From Gemmatimonadota bacterium (GTDB lineage Bacteria > Gemmatimonadota > Gemmatimonadetes > Longimicrobiales > Gaopeijiaceae), in contig JAXHMG010000003.1 of NCBI GenBank assembly GCA_034521595.1, forward strand, positions 1,088,001 to 1,152,000: 64,000 nt of DNA. Reading direction: 5' to 3'. A program made the position numbers and the translations under genes. The notes beneath the pieces are model-generated. The model saw nothing but the letters and a program-made list of their open reading frames with translations. It was not told where the DNA came from and did not search any database. Shown here one piece after another: positions 36,597 to 46,629 of the stretch (within the stretch, counting starts at the first letter, position 1; every line of letters starts with the position of its first letter).

Positions 36597-38183
36597 TCAG
36601 AGCGACCCCGGTCCGCCCGGCCGCCGGCTCGAGGGTCTCCTGGAGGGCGCGCTTCCCCTGGAAGAGCCACGGGACGGAGTCGAACGTGCCTCGGGACTCC
36701 GTGACGACGGCCTCGATCCCGCAGACGGAGTCGAACGCGCACCGGAACTCCGCGACGAGGGGCGGGACCCGGCGGATGGATCCCGCCGTGGCTCAGCCCG
36801 GGACGGGGCTGACCGTCGTGACACGCTCGGGCGTTCGCCCCGGTCCGAGCGAACGGCGCCGGAAGGCGCGGAACCTCGGGAGGGGCGTGACGGCACGGCC
36901 CGGCGGGACTCGGGCGCCGACCGTGTGGACGGTCTCGATCGGGTACTGGGGGTCGAACGGGGCTCCGAGCGAACGTTGGCCCGAGGACGCCCGTCACGGG
37001 GTGTGGCCCGTGCCGCGGGAGCGCGCCCGTTCCCCCGAGGAGCCACCGTGGGCCGTCGATCGCCACCGGACGAAGAAGATGGCGCGGCGCGATCGGACGG
37101 ACGCCGGCCCTGGCTCGGGGCGACTCGAGCCGATGGACGGCTCGGAGCACGGGGCGTGGCGCGTGTCGAGGGACGTTCCTCCGACCGTGGAGCGACGCGA
37201 GCTGACGGGCGTTCACGGGTCGACGGAGTCGCGCGTGCCGCGGGACGCGCCTCCGACGCCCGGCTCGCCGAGCCACGCTCGGTCGCTTCCGGACGTACGA
37301 CCCTGCCGGAGGGGCGTGCCCGAGCTCGATTCGACGGAGTCGACCGGGCCGCGGGCCCGGCGTCCGCTCGCGCGCCGGATCCCGATGCGGATCGAACGCG
37401 GGCGTTATCGAAACGCGACGGTGCGGCGATCCGGCCGGACGGCCGTCCGGTGGCCGTCGACCGGTCCTGGGCGATACGCGTGCCGCTCGGCGCGGCCGAG
37501 GCCGCGCCGGCCCGCCGGACGGCCGTTCGGGACCCGGCCCTGGATGCGGGCGACTCCTTATACCGGGTGAACGAGCCGGCGAGCGGGGAAGGTCGATAGG
37601 AAGCCACGCCGCGGCGTCCTCCGTAGGCGTACACGGTCCTTACGGGGCGGGGTGCGTACCGGCGGGACCACCGGCCGTCGACATAGCCGTCCTGGTAGCC
37701 GCTCCAGTAGGAGGTCCACGGGTCGTACGCCCAGTACGGTGCCCGTGCGACCACGTAGGGTCTGCTCACGTAGAGGTGACGTGGAGCACGGTAGACGGAA
37801 TACCCTGCCCAGCCGTGTCGCCACCGCTTCGCGCGAAACGAGAGACACTCGACGTACCAGCCCCCGAAGGGATCCCAGTAGCTTTCCCAGTAGGAGTCCC
37901 AGCAGCTCGCCCGCACGGTCACATAGTTTCGGGGCGCGGGTGTCCGGTGCCCGTAGTCGTAGGCGGAGGAACGGCTGCGATATCGGGTGCCGTAGTAGGT
38001 CCCGAGTGATGCGCTCAGGAACACCGAGCCGGCGTCGTGATACGAGGCCGTGCTGAACCCGACGCCGGTGAAGAGAGGGCCCGTCTCCAACGTGACCGAC
38101 AGGTGGGTCTGCGACGCCGAGGCGATCGGCGCGAAGGCTGTGACCGCCACCAAGAGTGCGAACGAGCGTGTCAGGATACCCAC
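36597..38183 (-). CDS. Secreted protein with Tyr/Trp-rich region and long Ser/Arg/Pro/Ala disordered tail
   Basis: AAGGAGG SD before GTG 38183; signal peptide ending ASA-SQ; Tyr/Trp-rich segment; about 300 aa low-complexity tail. Confidence 0.65.
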   Translation of the reverse strand: MGILTRSFALLVAVTAFAPIASASQTHLSVTLETGPLFTGVGFSTASYHDAGSVFLSASLGTYYGTRYRSRSSAYDYGHRTPAPRNYVTVRASCWDSYWESYWDPFGGWYVECLSFRAKRWRHGWAGYSVYRAPRHLYVSRPYVVARAPYWAYDPWTSYWSGYQDGYVDGRWSRRYAPRPVRTVYAYGGRRGVASYRPSPLAGSFTRYKESPASRAGSRTAVRRAGAASAAPSGTRIAQDRSTATGRPSGRIAAPSRFDNARVRSASGSGARADAGPAARSTPSNRARARPSGRVVRPEATERGSASRASEARPAARATPSTRERPSARVAPRSEERPSTRATPRAPSRPSARVAPSQGRRPSDRAAPSSSSGGDRRPTVAPRGNGRAPAARATPRDGRPRANVRSEPRSTPSTRSRPSTRSAPESRRAVPSRPSRGSAPSGAVRSDRGERPSVSRRSAPSRAEPRRDPSAGSRPSSRSSGARSTPSAGSRPSSRSPEARSTPSRGSSRGSAPSRRPSSRRPGGPGSL

Positions 38184-38638
38184 GGTGTCCTCCTTGCGAT
38201 GAATCCATCCTTCATGCGTGCATGGGTCATGCCACGGCCCGAGAGCAGCGAAGCGCCCGTGGTTGACGATGTTCCGGTCCCGTCCCGACGGGAAGTGTCC
38301 ATCCTCGTGGACGGCGAGTGTCCCGGTGAAGGACACCCATCCTCGAGAAGGAAGCCTCGCGCCAGCCCGGCTTCCGACGCGCCCTACCGGCGAGGCTTGG
38401 ACAGCGGCTCGCTACCGCTCCGGCGTCCCGCCCGAAAGTCCGTACTTGATCCACGAGCAGATTCGTGAAAGATTACTACCCGTCCAGCCGACTTGAAGCA
38501 CGTCGGCACCGGTCTCGGCCCCCTGGCCAGCCGGATGGGCCCGTGCCGCGCCCTCTTGGCGCGCGGATTACCTCCTGACGGATGCATGAGCGCGAGCGAC
38601 GCCGCGCCGAGGTCGCATCCGGCAACCGGTTTGAAACA

Positions 38639-39943
38639 GTGTCCGACTCGCCGAACAAGCAGCAGGGTGGCGGTTCCAAGAAATCCCGGCGTGGCAATCG
38701 CCGTCGTCGGGGCCGCGGCAAGAACCGCCGCAACCAAGATCAAGACAACAACCGCAACGACGGCGACAACTCGATCGACCTACCGGACGATCCCGAGGAG
38801 CTGATGGCGCAGTCCCGTCCCCTGGGGCTGTTGGAGATCCTCGGGAGCGGATCGGGCTTCATTCGCCGCCGCGAGGCCGGATACACGCCCGGTGACGACG
38901 ACATCTACGTGGCGTCGCGCATCATCCAGAAGTTCGGGCTCCGCGCGGGCGACGAGCTGATGGGCATCATCGGCAAGCCGCCGAGGCCGGGCAAGAGCGC
39001 CCCACTCGCCTATTTGGCGATGGTCAACGACCATCCGCCCGATCAGGCGAAGAATCGGCCCGAGTTCGAGCGTCTCGGAGCCGTCCACCCCGACGAGCAA
39101 CTCGTACTCGAATGCGGTCGGACCATCCTCGGGGAGCCCGATTACACCAATCGGGTCATCGACCTGTTCTGCCCCTTCGGAAAGGGTCAGCGGGCTATGA
39201 TCGTGGCCCCGGCCAAGGCGGGTAAGACCATGGTCATGCAGGCGGTGGCCGAAGGGATCGTCACGAACAATCCGGAGTGCCACCTCATGTTCCTGCTCGT
39301 GGACGAGCGTCCCGAGGAGGTCACCGAGATGGAGCAGTGCGGCTTCGGCGAGGTGATCGCGTCCACGTTCGATCGACCCGCCGAGCGTCACGTACAGGTG
39401 ACCGAGATGACGCTGGAGCGGGCGCGTCGCAGGGTTGAGCAGGGCGAAGACGTCGTCGTCATCCTCGATTCGATCACCCGCATGGCTCGGGCCTACAACT
39501 CCGTCGAGAACGGGAGCGGGAAGACGCTGTCCGGAGGTCTCGACGCGAACTCGCTCGAGAAGCCGAAGCGCTTCCTCGGCAGCGCCCGGAAGATCTCCGA
39601 TACCCAGGGCGGGGGATCGCTGACGATCATCGCGACCGCGTTGGTCGACACGGGGTCCCGTATGGACCAGGTGATCTTCGAAGAGTTCAAGGGAACGGGG
39701 AACAGCGAGCTCGTGTTGTCCCGGGAGCTCGCCGACAAGCGGATCTACCCGGCGATCGACCTATCCCAGTCGGCTACGCGGAAGGAGGAGCTCTTGATGG
39801 ACGAGGGCGCCCTCCGCATTTCGCACGCGATGCGCCGCCAGCTTGCCGGCATGAATCACACGGACGCGATGCTCGAGCTCCTGGGCGCGATGCGTAAGAC
39901 ACAGTCGAACCGCGAGCTCATCGACTACGCCCGGAGCCGCTGA
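38639..39943 (+). CDS. rho: Transcription termination factor Rho (atypical N-terminus)
   Basis: DDIYV RNA-binding motif, GKGQRAMIVAPAKAGKT, DERPEEVT, LDSITR, GKTLSGG, EEFKGTGNSE; start 38582 or 38639. Confidence 0.92.
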   Translation: MSDSPNKQQGGGSKKSRRGNRRRRGRGKNRRNQDQDNNRNDGDNSIDLPDDPEELMAQSRPLGLLEILGSGSGFIRRREAGYTPGDDDIYVASRIIQKFGLRAGDELMGIIGKPPRPGKSAPLAYLAMVNDHPPDQAKNRPEFERLGAVHPDEQLVLECGRTILGEPDYTNRVIDLFCPFGKGQRAMIVAPAKAGKTMVMQAVAEGIVTNNPECHLMFLLVDERPEEVTEMEQCGFGEVIASTFDRPAERHVQVTEMTLERARRRVEQGEDVVVILDSITRMARAYNSVENGSGKTLSGGLDANSLEKPKRFLGSARKISDTQGGGSLTIIATALVDTGSRMDQVIFEEFKGTGNSELVLSRELADKRIYPAIDLSQSATRKEELLMDEGALRISHAMRRQLAGMNHTDAMLELLGAMRKTQSNRELIDYARSR

Positions 39944-40463
39944 CGACATCGTCCAAACGGTCGAGACTCCGTTCGAGCTCGGCCGTCTGGGCCCGATCCA
40001 TGAAGAGGGCCCAGTAGCCCATGAGCGGGTTGGGCCCGAGGGTGCCCGTCTCTCGCCACGAGATCCGAACGCCCTCACCATCCGGCGCGAGGCTGAGGGT
40101 GCCCGTGGTTCGCATGGTACGACCGACTTCCACTTCGTAGGTGACACGCTCGGGCGGCGTGACTTCGACGATTCGGAAGAGCCCCTCTCCGAGGTCCGGG
40201 TCGTCCCACGACATGCTCGCACCAGGTCCCCGCTCGGGCCCCGAGCGCTCGAGCCCCGAGTCCGGCCATGCCGTCCACGAACGCCATCCTTCGGGCGTGT
40301 CCAGCAACGAATAGACGTCGCGCGGAGAGGCGTCCGCGACGAGCTTCGACGCTCCGGCTTCCCAGTCCGAAGGAAGGAGGAAGCCCAGCACGAGAAGGCC
40401 GATGAGGAGGGTGGCCGCACCGCCGAGGATCTTGGTGCCGAGGCTGAACGGTGAGCCGGTCAT
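39918..40463 (-). CDS. SRPBCC (START-like) family protein
   Basis: N-terminal TM, WRSWTAW, GPGASMSW, C-terminal helix LERSLDRL. Confidence 0.75.
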   Translation of the reverse strand: MTGSPFSLGTKILGGAATLLIGLLVLGFLLPSDWEAGASKLVADASPRDVYSLLDTPEGWRSWTAWPDSGLERSGPERGPGASMSWDDPDLGEGLFRIVEVTPPERVTYEVEVGRTMRTTGTLSLAPDGEGVRISWRETGTLGPNPLMGYWALFMDRAQTAELERSLDRLDDVVSGSGRSR

Positions 40464-41242
40464 CGATTGCCGTCCCCTCCTTCGGCGGCCACTGGCTCTC
40501 CGTCGGTGCCGTGGGAGGCGGCCTCGAGAGCGGCCGTCAGCTCCGGAAGAATGTTCTCGGCCATACGTCGGTGTCCTGTTTCGGTCGGGTGGATGCCATC
40601 GGCTGCGTTGAGCTCGCGGACGCCTGCGACTCCGTCCAGGAAAAAGGGCACGAAGTAGGTGTCTTCCCGTGTGGCGACGTCCCGGAACACCTCGCGGAAT
40701 GACGTCACGTATCGCCGGCCCAGGTTCGGGGGGGCCTCCATGCCCAGGACCACGATCTTCGCGGCCGGGTAGCGCTCTTTCGTGCGGCGGATGATGGTCA
40801 AGAGGTTGTCGCGGAGCTCGGCGACCGGGAGGCCGCGCAGGCCGTCATTGGCCCCGAGCTCGAGGACGAGGATGTCGAGCGGCTCTTGAAGAACCCAGTC
40901 GATCCGCCGGACACCGCCCGCGCTCGTCTCACCCGAGACGCCCGCGTTCACTGCGGTGAAGGGCACCCCCGCGTCGGCCGCGAGTTCCGTCAGATGCGCC
41001 ACGTAGGTATCGTCCTCGCTCTGAAGGCCCATCCCCGACGTCAGGCTCGTACCGAAGAACACGACCACGGGGAGCGTGTCTTCCGAGAGAGCGTCGATCG
41101 TCCGACTCGGCGCTCGGGAGCCGTCCCCGGCCTGCGAATCGGGAGCGGACGCGCCCTGGTCGGCTGCCGAGGGGGGAGCCTCCGAGCCAGGGTTGCACGC
41201 TGCGAGCGTGAGGAGTAACGACACGGAGCCGAGGAGTCGCAT
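40460..41242 (-). CDS. tesA: Arylesterase/TesA-like SGNH hydrolase lipoprotein
   Basis: Lipobox LAAC; FGTSLTSG (block I), NAGVSGETS, ELGANDGLRG, DGIHP. Confidence 0.85.
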   Translation of the reverse strand: MRLLGSVSLLLTLAACNPGSEAPPSAADQGASAPDSQAGDGSRAPSRTIDALSEDTLPVVVFFGTSLTSGMGLQSEDDTYVAHLTELAADAGVPFTAVNAGVSGETSAGGVRRIDWVLQEPLDILVLELGANDGLRGLPVAELRDNLLTIIRRTKERYPAAKIVVLGMEAPPNLGRRYVTSFREVFRDVATREDTYFVPFFLDGVAGVRELNAADGIHPTETGHRRMAENILPELTAALEAASHGTDGEPVAAEGGDGNR

Positions 41243-41990
41243 GTTGATCGTGGCGGAAGGACTGGAGAAGACGTACGAGAGCGGGGGTCGGCCGCTCCGT
41301 GTGCTGGATTCGCTGGACCTCGCCATCGAGCGCGAGTCCGTCGTGGCGGTCGTGGGACCGTCCGGGAGCGGCAAGACCACCCTGCTCGGGCTGATGGCCG
41401 GGCTCGATGCCCCGTCGGGCGGCCGTGTCCTCATCGACGGGCAAGACCTCTCCGCTCTTACCGAAGACGGTAGGGCGGAGTTTCGTGCACACCGGGTCGG
41501 ATTCGTCTTCCAGACGTTTCATCTGCTGCCCACCATGACGGCCGTCGAGAACGTCATGGTCCCGTTGGAGCTACAAGGTTCGTTCCGGGGGGCCCGAGCG
41601 CGCGCTGCGGAGCTCCTCGATCGCGTCGGCCTCTCGGACCGCGCCGACCACTACCCGGCGCAGCTGTCCGGTGGTGAGCAGCAGCGGGTGGCGCTCGCAC
41701 GGGCGTTCGCGAACCGACCGGACATCCTCTTCGCCGACGAACCCACGGGGAATCTCGATGAGCGCACCGGAGGAACGATCATCGAGATGCTCGAGGAACT
41801 CAACGAGGAGGAGCGCACGACGCTGGTGCTCGTGACCCACGACACCGCGCTCGCGGAGCGAGCCCATCGGGTCGTGACGCTTTCCGGGGGCCGGGTCGCG
41901 TCGGATCGCCCGGGTTGGCGCCGGGCGCACGGGGCCGGAGGGGAACGGGCGGCCTCGAGCCACGCCACCGAAAGCGACATCGAGACATGA
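41241..41990 (+). CDS. ybbA: ABC transporter ATP-binding protein (YbbA/LolD-like)
   Basis: GPSGSGKT, LSGGEQQRV, FADEPTGNLD, VTHD; GAGGAG SD. Confidence 0.88.
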   Translation: MLIVAEGLEKTYESGGRPLRVLDSLDLAIERESVVAVVGPSGSGKTTLLGLMAGLDAPSGGRVLIDGQDLSALTEDGRAEFRAHRVGFVFQTFHLLPTMTAVENVMVPLELQGSFRGARARAAELLDRVGLSDRADHYPAQLSGGEQQRVALARAFANRPDILFADEPTGNLDERTGGTIIEMLEELNEEERTTLVLVTHDTALAERAHRVVTLSGGRVASDRPGWRRAHGAGGERAASSHATESDIET

Positions 41991-44566
41991 ACGGCCGATG
42001 GGTGCGGAGCGCCGTGCGGCTGGCGGTGCGGGAGGGGCGGCATTCGTTCCGGCGGGTGGGCCCGTACATGGTTTCCATCACGCTGGGCGTCGCCTCGCTC
42101 GTGGCCATCCACTCCTTCCGGGCCGACGTCGAGCGATCGCTCGAGGAGCAGTCCGAGGTGCTCATGGGGGCCAACGCCCGGCTGCGCGGCGACCGACCGT
42201 GGTCCGATACGGTGCGGGCCATCGTCGATTCCCTCGAAGCGTCCGACCGCTCCGTAGCCCGGGTCACGACGACCAGCTCCATGGTGATGGCGCCGACCTC
42301 GGGCATTGTCCGACTGATGCAGGTACGGGCTCTCGACCCCGGATATCCGTTCTACGGCACCGTTCGAACGGTGCCGGACGGCAGGTGGGGCGCGCACCTC
42401 GAGGCGGGTCGGGTGTTGGTCGATCCGGCGGTGCTCGTCCAGCTCCAGGCCGCGGTCGGCGACACCATCGAGGTCGGCCGAGAGCGGCTCGAGATCGCGG
42501 GGACCGTCGACGACCTCCCCACGGACCTCGGATTTCAGACCGCCCTGGGTCCGCGCATCCACCTCTCCCACGGTACCCTGGAAGAGGCCGACCTGCTCGG
42601 ATTCGGGAGCCTCGCACGGTACGAGCTCTACTTCGAGCTACCGGAACGCTCCGAGCGAAGCGCTTTCGATGACCGGTACGACGAGGTCTTCTCACAGGGC
42701 CGGCTCCGCTTCACTCTCGCCGAGCAACAGGCACGGAGTCTCTCCAACGGTGTGCGCTTCTTGGCGCGCTTTCTCGGGCTCGTCGGGCTCGGCGCACTGC
42801 TGTTGGGCGGGATCGGCGTCGCCAGCGCCATTCACGTATACGTGCGAGAAAAGCGCGCTTCGATCGCGGTCATGCGATGCCTGGGCGCCACGCAGCGCAC
42901 GACCTTCCTCGTATACCTGTTGCAAGCCGGGGCGCTCGGCGCGTTCGGCGCCGGGGCGGGGGTCGCGGTAGGGGTCGGCATCCAGCTCCTCCTTCCCGGT
43001 CTGCTCGCGGGGGTCCTTCCGGTGCCGGTGTCTCCGAGGATCTCGTCGGTATCAGCGGTCGCCGGGCTCGGGATCGGGATGTGGGTCGCGTTGGTGTTCG
43101 CGCTGCTTCCGCTGCTCTCGGTACGAGATGTGACCCCCTTACAGGCCCTCCGGGCCGACGTGGAATCCCGGCGGGGCTCTCGCGTCTGGCGCGGCATCGT
43201 CTACCTGGCGTTGGCCGCGAGCATTACAGCCCTGTGCGTGCTCGAGGCTCCCGATAGGGAAGTGGGCATCGCCTTCGCCTTCGGGCTCGCCGCGGTGGTG
43301 ACGGCCCTCTGGGCTACGGCTCGCGTCCTCACCTTCCTAACGCGCCGCTTCGTGCCGAGTAGGGCACCGTATCCGGTCCGCCAGGGCATCTCCAATCTGT
43401 TCCGTCCCCGCAACCAGACCGTCTCGGTCATGCTGGCGCTCGGCGTCGGCACCTTCGTGATCGGCTTGCTCCTGGAAGTCGAGGGAACGGTGCGGCGAGA
43501 CCTGAGCGTTTCCCTCCAGGACGGACGTCCCAACCTTCTGCTCTTCGACATCCAACGCGATCAAACCGAGGACATCCGTGCGCTGCTGCCCGAGCCGGCG
43601 CGGGGCGAGGCCGATGTCTTTCCTCTGGTCTCGTCGCGCATCGCCGCGATCAACGGCCGGACGCCCGAGGAGCTTCGGGACGACACCGTGCCGTCGGAGC
43701 GGAGGCCCGAGGGCTGGGCCCTGCGGCGAGAATATCGCAATACGTACCGTGCCGAGCTGGGCCGCGCCGAAGAGCTGATCTCCGGGCGTTGGTGGGACGG
43801 AACCGCCGGATCCGACGACGGGACGAGGGTGGACCCCGGAGATCTGTCCCGGCTGTCCCTCGAGGAAGATATCGCGGAAAGCCTGCGGGTGCGGCTCGGG
43901 GATACGATCACGTGGAACGTGTCCGGCGTGGAGGTGCCTTCGGTCGTCAGCAGCGTGCGCCGCGTGGACTGGGATCGACTCGAGCCGAACTTCTTCGCCG
44001 TGCTCGAGCCCGGCAGTCTCGACGAAGCTCCTCAGACGGCGCTGATGCTCGTGCGCATCCCCGACGAGGGTCAGCGCCTCGAGGTTCAACAGGCGCTGGT
44101 GCGCACCTTTCCCAACGTCTCGGCGCTCGACATCTCGCGAGTGCAGGAGGCGGTGGAGTCGGTGCTCGGGTCCGTGAGACGGGGCCTCGGCTTTCTAGGC
44201 GCGTTCGCGGCCGCCGCCGGTGCCGTGGTTCTCGTCGGAGCCATGGCCACGTCCCGCTTCCAGCGTATTCGTGAGGGCGCCCTTCTGCGGACGCTCGGGG
44301 CGAGGAGGGCGCAAGTCATCCTTGTGCTCTTCACCGAATACGCGGCCCTGGGTACGCTCGCGACCTTCAGCGGGTTACTCCTCGCCGTCGGTGCGGCGGC
44401 CCTTCTGTTACCCGGCGTCTTCGACATGCCGTATCGACCCGACCTCGGGACGCTCGCCTTGGTCTGGGGCTCCGTTTCGTTGTTGACCGTCCTCGTGGGG
44501 CTCAGCGGCTCCCGCTCGCTTCTCTCCCGGCCTCCGCTACCGGTCCTGCGGGAGGCCGAGGACTAG
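41987..44566 (+). CDS. ybbP: ABC transporter permease, MacB/FtsX-like (YbbP)
   Basis: Two FtsX-type repeats, YPFYG, IAVMRCLGA, ALLRTLGA; tesA-ybbA synteny. Confidence 0.85.
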   Translation: MNGRWVRSAVRLAVREGRHSFRRVGPYMVSITLGVASLVAIHSFRADVERSLEEQSEVLMGANARLRGDRPWSDTVRAIVDSLEASDRSVARVTTTSSMVMAPTSGIVRLMQVRALDPGYPFYGTVRTVPDGRWGAHLEAGRVLVDPAVLVQLQAAVGDTIEVGRERLEIAGTVDDLPTDLGFQTALGPRIHLSHGTLEEADLLGFGSLARYELYFELPERSERSAFDDRYDEVFSQGRLRFTLAEQQARSLSNGVRFLARFLGLVGLGALLLGGIGVASAIHVYVREKRASIAVMRCLGATQRTTFLVYLLQAGALGAFGAGAGVAVGVGIQLLLPGLLAGVLPVPVSPRISSVSAVAGLGIGMWVALVFALLPLLSVRDVTPLQALRADVESRRGSRVWRGIVYLALAASITALCVLEAPDREVGIAFAFGLAAVVTALWATARVLTFLTRRFVPSRAPYPVRQGISNLFRPRNQTVSVMLALGVGTFVIGLLLEVEGTVRRDLSVSLQDGRPNLLLFDIQRDQTEDIRALLPEPARGEADVFPLVSSRIAAINGRTPEELRDDTVPSERRPEGWALRREYRNTYRAELGRAEELISGRWWDGTAGSDDGTRVDPGDLSRLSLEEDIAESLRVRLGDTITWNVSGVEVPSVVSSVRRVDWDRLEPNFFAVLEPGSLDEAPQTALMLVRIPDEGQRLEVQQALVRTFPNVSALDISRVQEAVESVLGSVRRGLGFLGAFAAAAGAVVLVGAMATSRFQRIREGALLRTLGARRAQVILVLFTEYAALGTLATFSGLLLAVGAAALLLPGVFDMPYRPDLGTLALVWGSVSLLTVLVGLSGSRSLLSRPPLPVLREAED

Positions 44567-44937
44567 AGCGCCTCCGCCGGTAGCTCGAGCGCGCTGGTGT
44601 GGTGGCACGCTTCGCATTCGAGGGGGTGGGGCCTGCGGAGACGCTGGGGCTTCACGGTCAGCGGGCCTCCGCACTTCGGGCACGCACCCTCGACGGCCAT
44701 CAGCGTGTGGGTCTCGATCCACCGCCTACGGCCCAGTACGGCACCCACCGCGAGCGCTCCGATCGCCCAAGGCGCATGCGGGGGCACGACGGCCACGATC
44801 GGGGCGAGGAGCACCCCGATGCCGAGCGAGCGGGCCGCTCCCGAGAGGCGCCACGACCGAGGGCGTGGCTCGATCTCGGCTACGACCGCGACAGGCTCGT
44901 ACCCGAAAAGAACTGCCCTGCCGTGAATGGCCTGCAC
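44563..44937 (-). CDS. Small membrane protein with C-terminal zinc ribbon
   Basis: Two TM segments around PPHAPW, then CPKC...CEAC. Confidence 0.65.
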   Translation of the reverse strand: MQAIHGRAVLFGYEPVAVVAEIEPRPRSWRLSGAARSLGIGVLLAPIVAVVPPHAPWAIGALAVGAVLGRRRWIETHTLMAVEGACPKCGGPLTVKPQRLRRPHPLECEACHHTSALELPAEAL

Positions 44938-44943
44938 GATCCG

Positions 44944-46119
44944 TTACCCCTTCTTCGCGAAGTCTCGTAGACGCTCACCCACTTCGTGGAGCGTCTCCTC
45001 GCGCTTGCAAAAGACGAATCGGACCAGCGAGCGTCCCGCCCCCTCGGTGTGGTAGAAGCTCGAGCCCGGGACCGTGGCGACCCCGGCCTCACGGACCAGC
45101 CGCTCGGCGAAGGTGAAGTCGTCCTCGTCGCTCAGCGCGCTGAAGTCGGCCATCACGTAATAGGCCCCCTGGGGCAGCGCGCACTGGAAGCCGGCGTCCC
45201 GCAGCCCCGAGAGCATGATGTCCCGCCTGGGCCGGTATTCCTCGATGAGCTCCCTGTAATAGCTCGGGCCCAGTTGTCGGATGCCCACTGCGCCCGCTTC
45301 CTGGAGCGGCGCGGCCGTGCCCACGGTCACGAAGTCGTGAATCTTCTGGATCCCGTCCGAGAGAACCTCCGGGGCCACGATCGTTCCGATCCGCCAGCCC
45401 GTCACGCTGTACGTCTTGGACATCCCGCTGATCGTGACGGTCCGGTCGGCCATGCCCGGCAGGGTCGCGAGCGGAACGTGCTCGCCTTCGTAGACGATGT
45501 GCTCGTAGATCTCGTCGGTGATGGCGAGGATGTCGTGCTCCACGCACAGGTCCGCGATGACCTGAAGCTCCTCCCGCCCGAACACACGGCCCGTCGGATT
45601 GTTGGGTGAGTTCACCACGATGGCTCGGGTGCGGGGCGTCACGAGCGCGGCCAGCGCCTCCGGGTCGATCGTGTAGTCGGGAGGGTCGAGACACAGGTAC
45701 ACGGGCTTCGCCTGGGCCAGCATGGCGTCCGGACCGTAGTTCTCGTAAAAGGGCTCGAACACGATGACCTCGTCGTCCGGGTCGAGGAGCCCCAGCATCA
45801 CGCACGCCATGGCCTCGGTGGCCCCGCACGTGACGGTGATCTCCCGCTCGGGGTGGAAGTCGAGCCCATACCACTCCCGGTATTTCTCCGCGAGCACGGC
45901 GCGGAGGCTCGGGGCCCCGCTCGTGACCGCGTACTGGTTGAGGTCGCCCCGGATCGCGGCGCAGGCCGCCTCCTTGAGTGGCTCGGGGGCGGGAAAGTCG
46001 GGCATGCCCTGGGCCAGATTGATGGCGCCGTGCCGGTCCGCGACCTCCGTCATGTCGCGGATCACGGATCCTCCCAGCGCTTCGGTGCGCCGTGCGGTTC
46101 TCTGAATCGGGTCGGTCAT
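44944..46119 (-). CDS. Class I/II PLP aminotransferase (YbdL-like)
   Basis: INLAQGMPDF, NSPNNPTG, DEIYEH, SGMSKTYSVTGWRIG, VRFVFCK. Confidence 0.9.
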   Translation of the reverse strand: MTDPIQRTARRTEALGGSVIRDMTEVADRHGAINLAQGMPDFPAPEPLKEAACAAIRGDLNQYAVTSGAPSLRAVLAEKYREWYGLDFHPEREITVTCGATEAMACVMLGLLDPDDEVIVFEPFYENYGPDAMLAQAKPVYLCLDPPDYTIDPEALAALVTPRTRAIVVNSPNNPTGRVFGREELQVIADLCVEHDILAITDEIYEHIVYEGEHVPLATLPGMADRTVTISGMSKTYSVTGWRIGTIVAPEVLSDGIQKIHDFVTVGTAAPLQEAGAVGIRQLGPSYYRELIEEYRPRRDIMLSGLRDAGFQCALPQGAYYVMADFSALSDEDDFTFAERLVREAGVATVPGSSFYHTEGAGRSLVRFVFCKREETLHEVGERLRDFAKKG

Positions 46120-46346
46120 GAAGGAACCATGCGTCGAAGTGGAGCGCCGCGGATGGGCGCGACGCAGCGGGGAGCCAACGATGTTGCACCGCGTGGCTCT
46201 AGGCAACCGCTTCCCCCCTTGGCAGGGAAGCGTCCGGTGCCGTAGTGTCGGCGCATGCACTCGGTATCCACCCACGCGCTCGGGCCACACACTCCGGGTG
46301 GGCCGGGCGCGCCGTCGCCCTTCCACGATGCCGCGGAGACCCGTCC

Positions 46347-46604
46347 ATGCTCAACTCCGAACGCTGGCCCGTCGCGCTTGCCGTCCTCTTCCTGTCCACT
46401 TGGGCGTCGCTCGCGGCACCCGTTCAGGGACAGGCGCCTCCGGTACGCATGCGGATGCGGTTCGCCTCAACCACGCATGTCGGAATCCTTCAGTCCATCC
46501 CGGGCATGAGGAAGGTCGACGGCTTCACGGTGGGGTACGGCGCTCGGAACGCGGATGCAGCGTACCGGCTCATCCGCCTCCTGTATCGCTTCGTGCGACA
46601 ATGA
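46347..46604 (+). CDS. Small hypothetical secreted protein
   Basis: GGAG SD, signal peptide ending VQG-Q. Confidence 0.4.
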   Translation: MLNSERWPVALAVLFLSTWASLAAPVQGQAPPVRMRMRFASTTHVGILQSIPGMRKVDGFTVGYGARNADAAYRLIRLLYRFVRQ

Positions 46605-46629
46605 GCCTCCTCATGACCCACGGAACGAG

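Noticed and set aside
36248-37599. Plus-strand ORFs of 440 and 340 aa
   Set aside because: Shadows of the low-complexity minus-strand gene, which has a strong SD and signal peptide.
38190-38580. Riboswitch or ncRNA in the long region upstream of rho
   Set aside because: Only a generic hairpin (AAGCCTCGC/GCGAGGCTT) was seen; no recognisable family motif.
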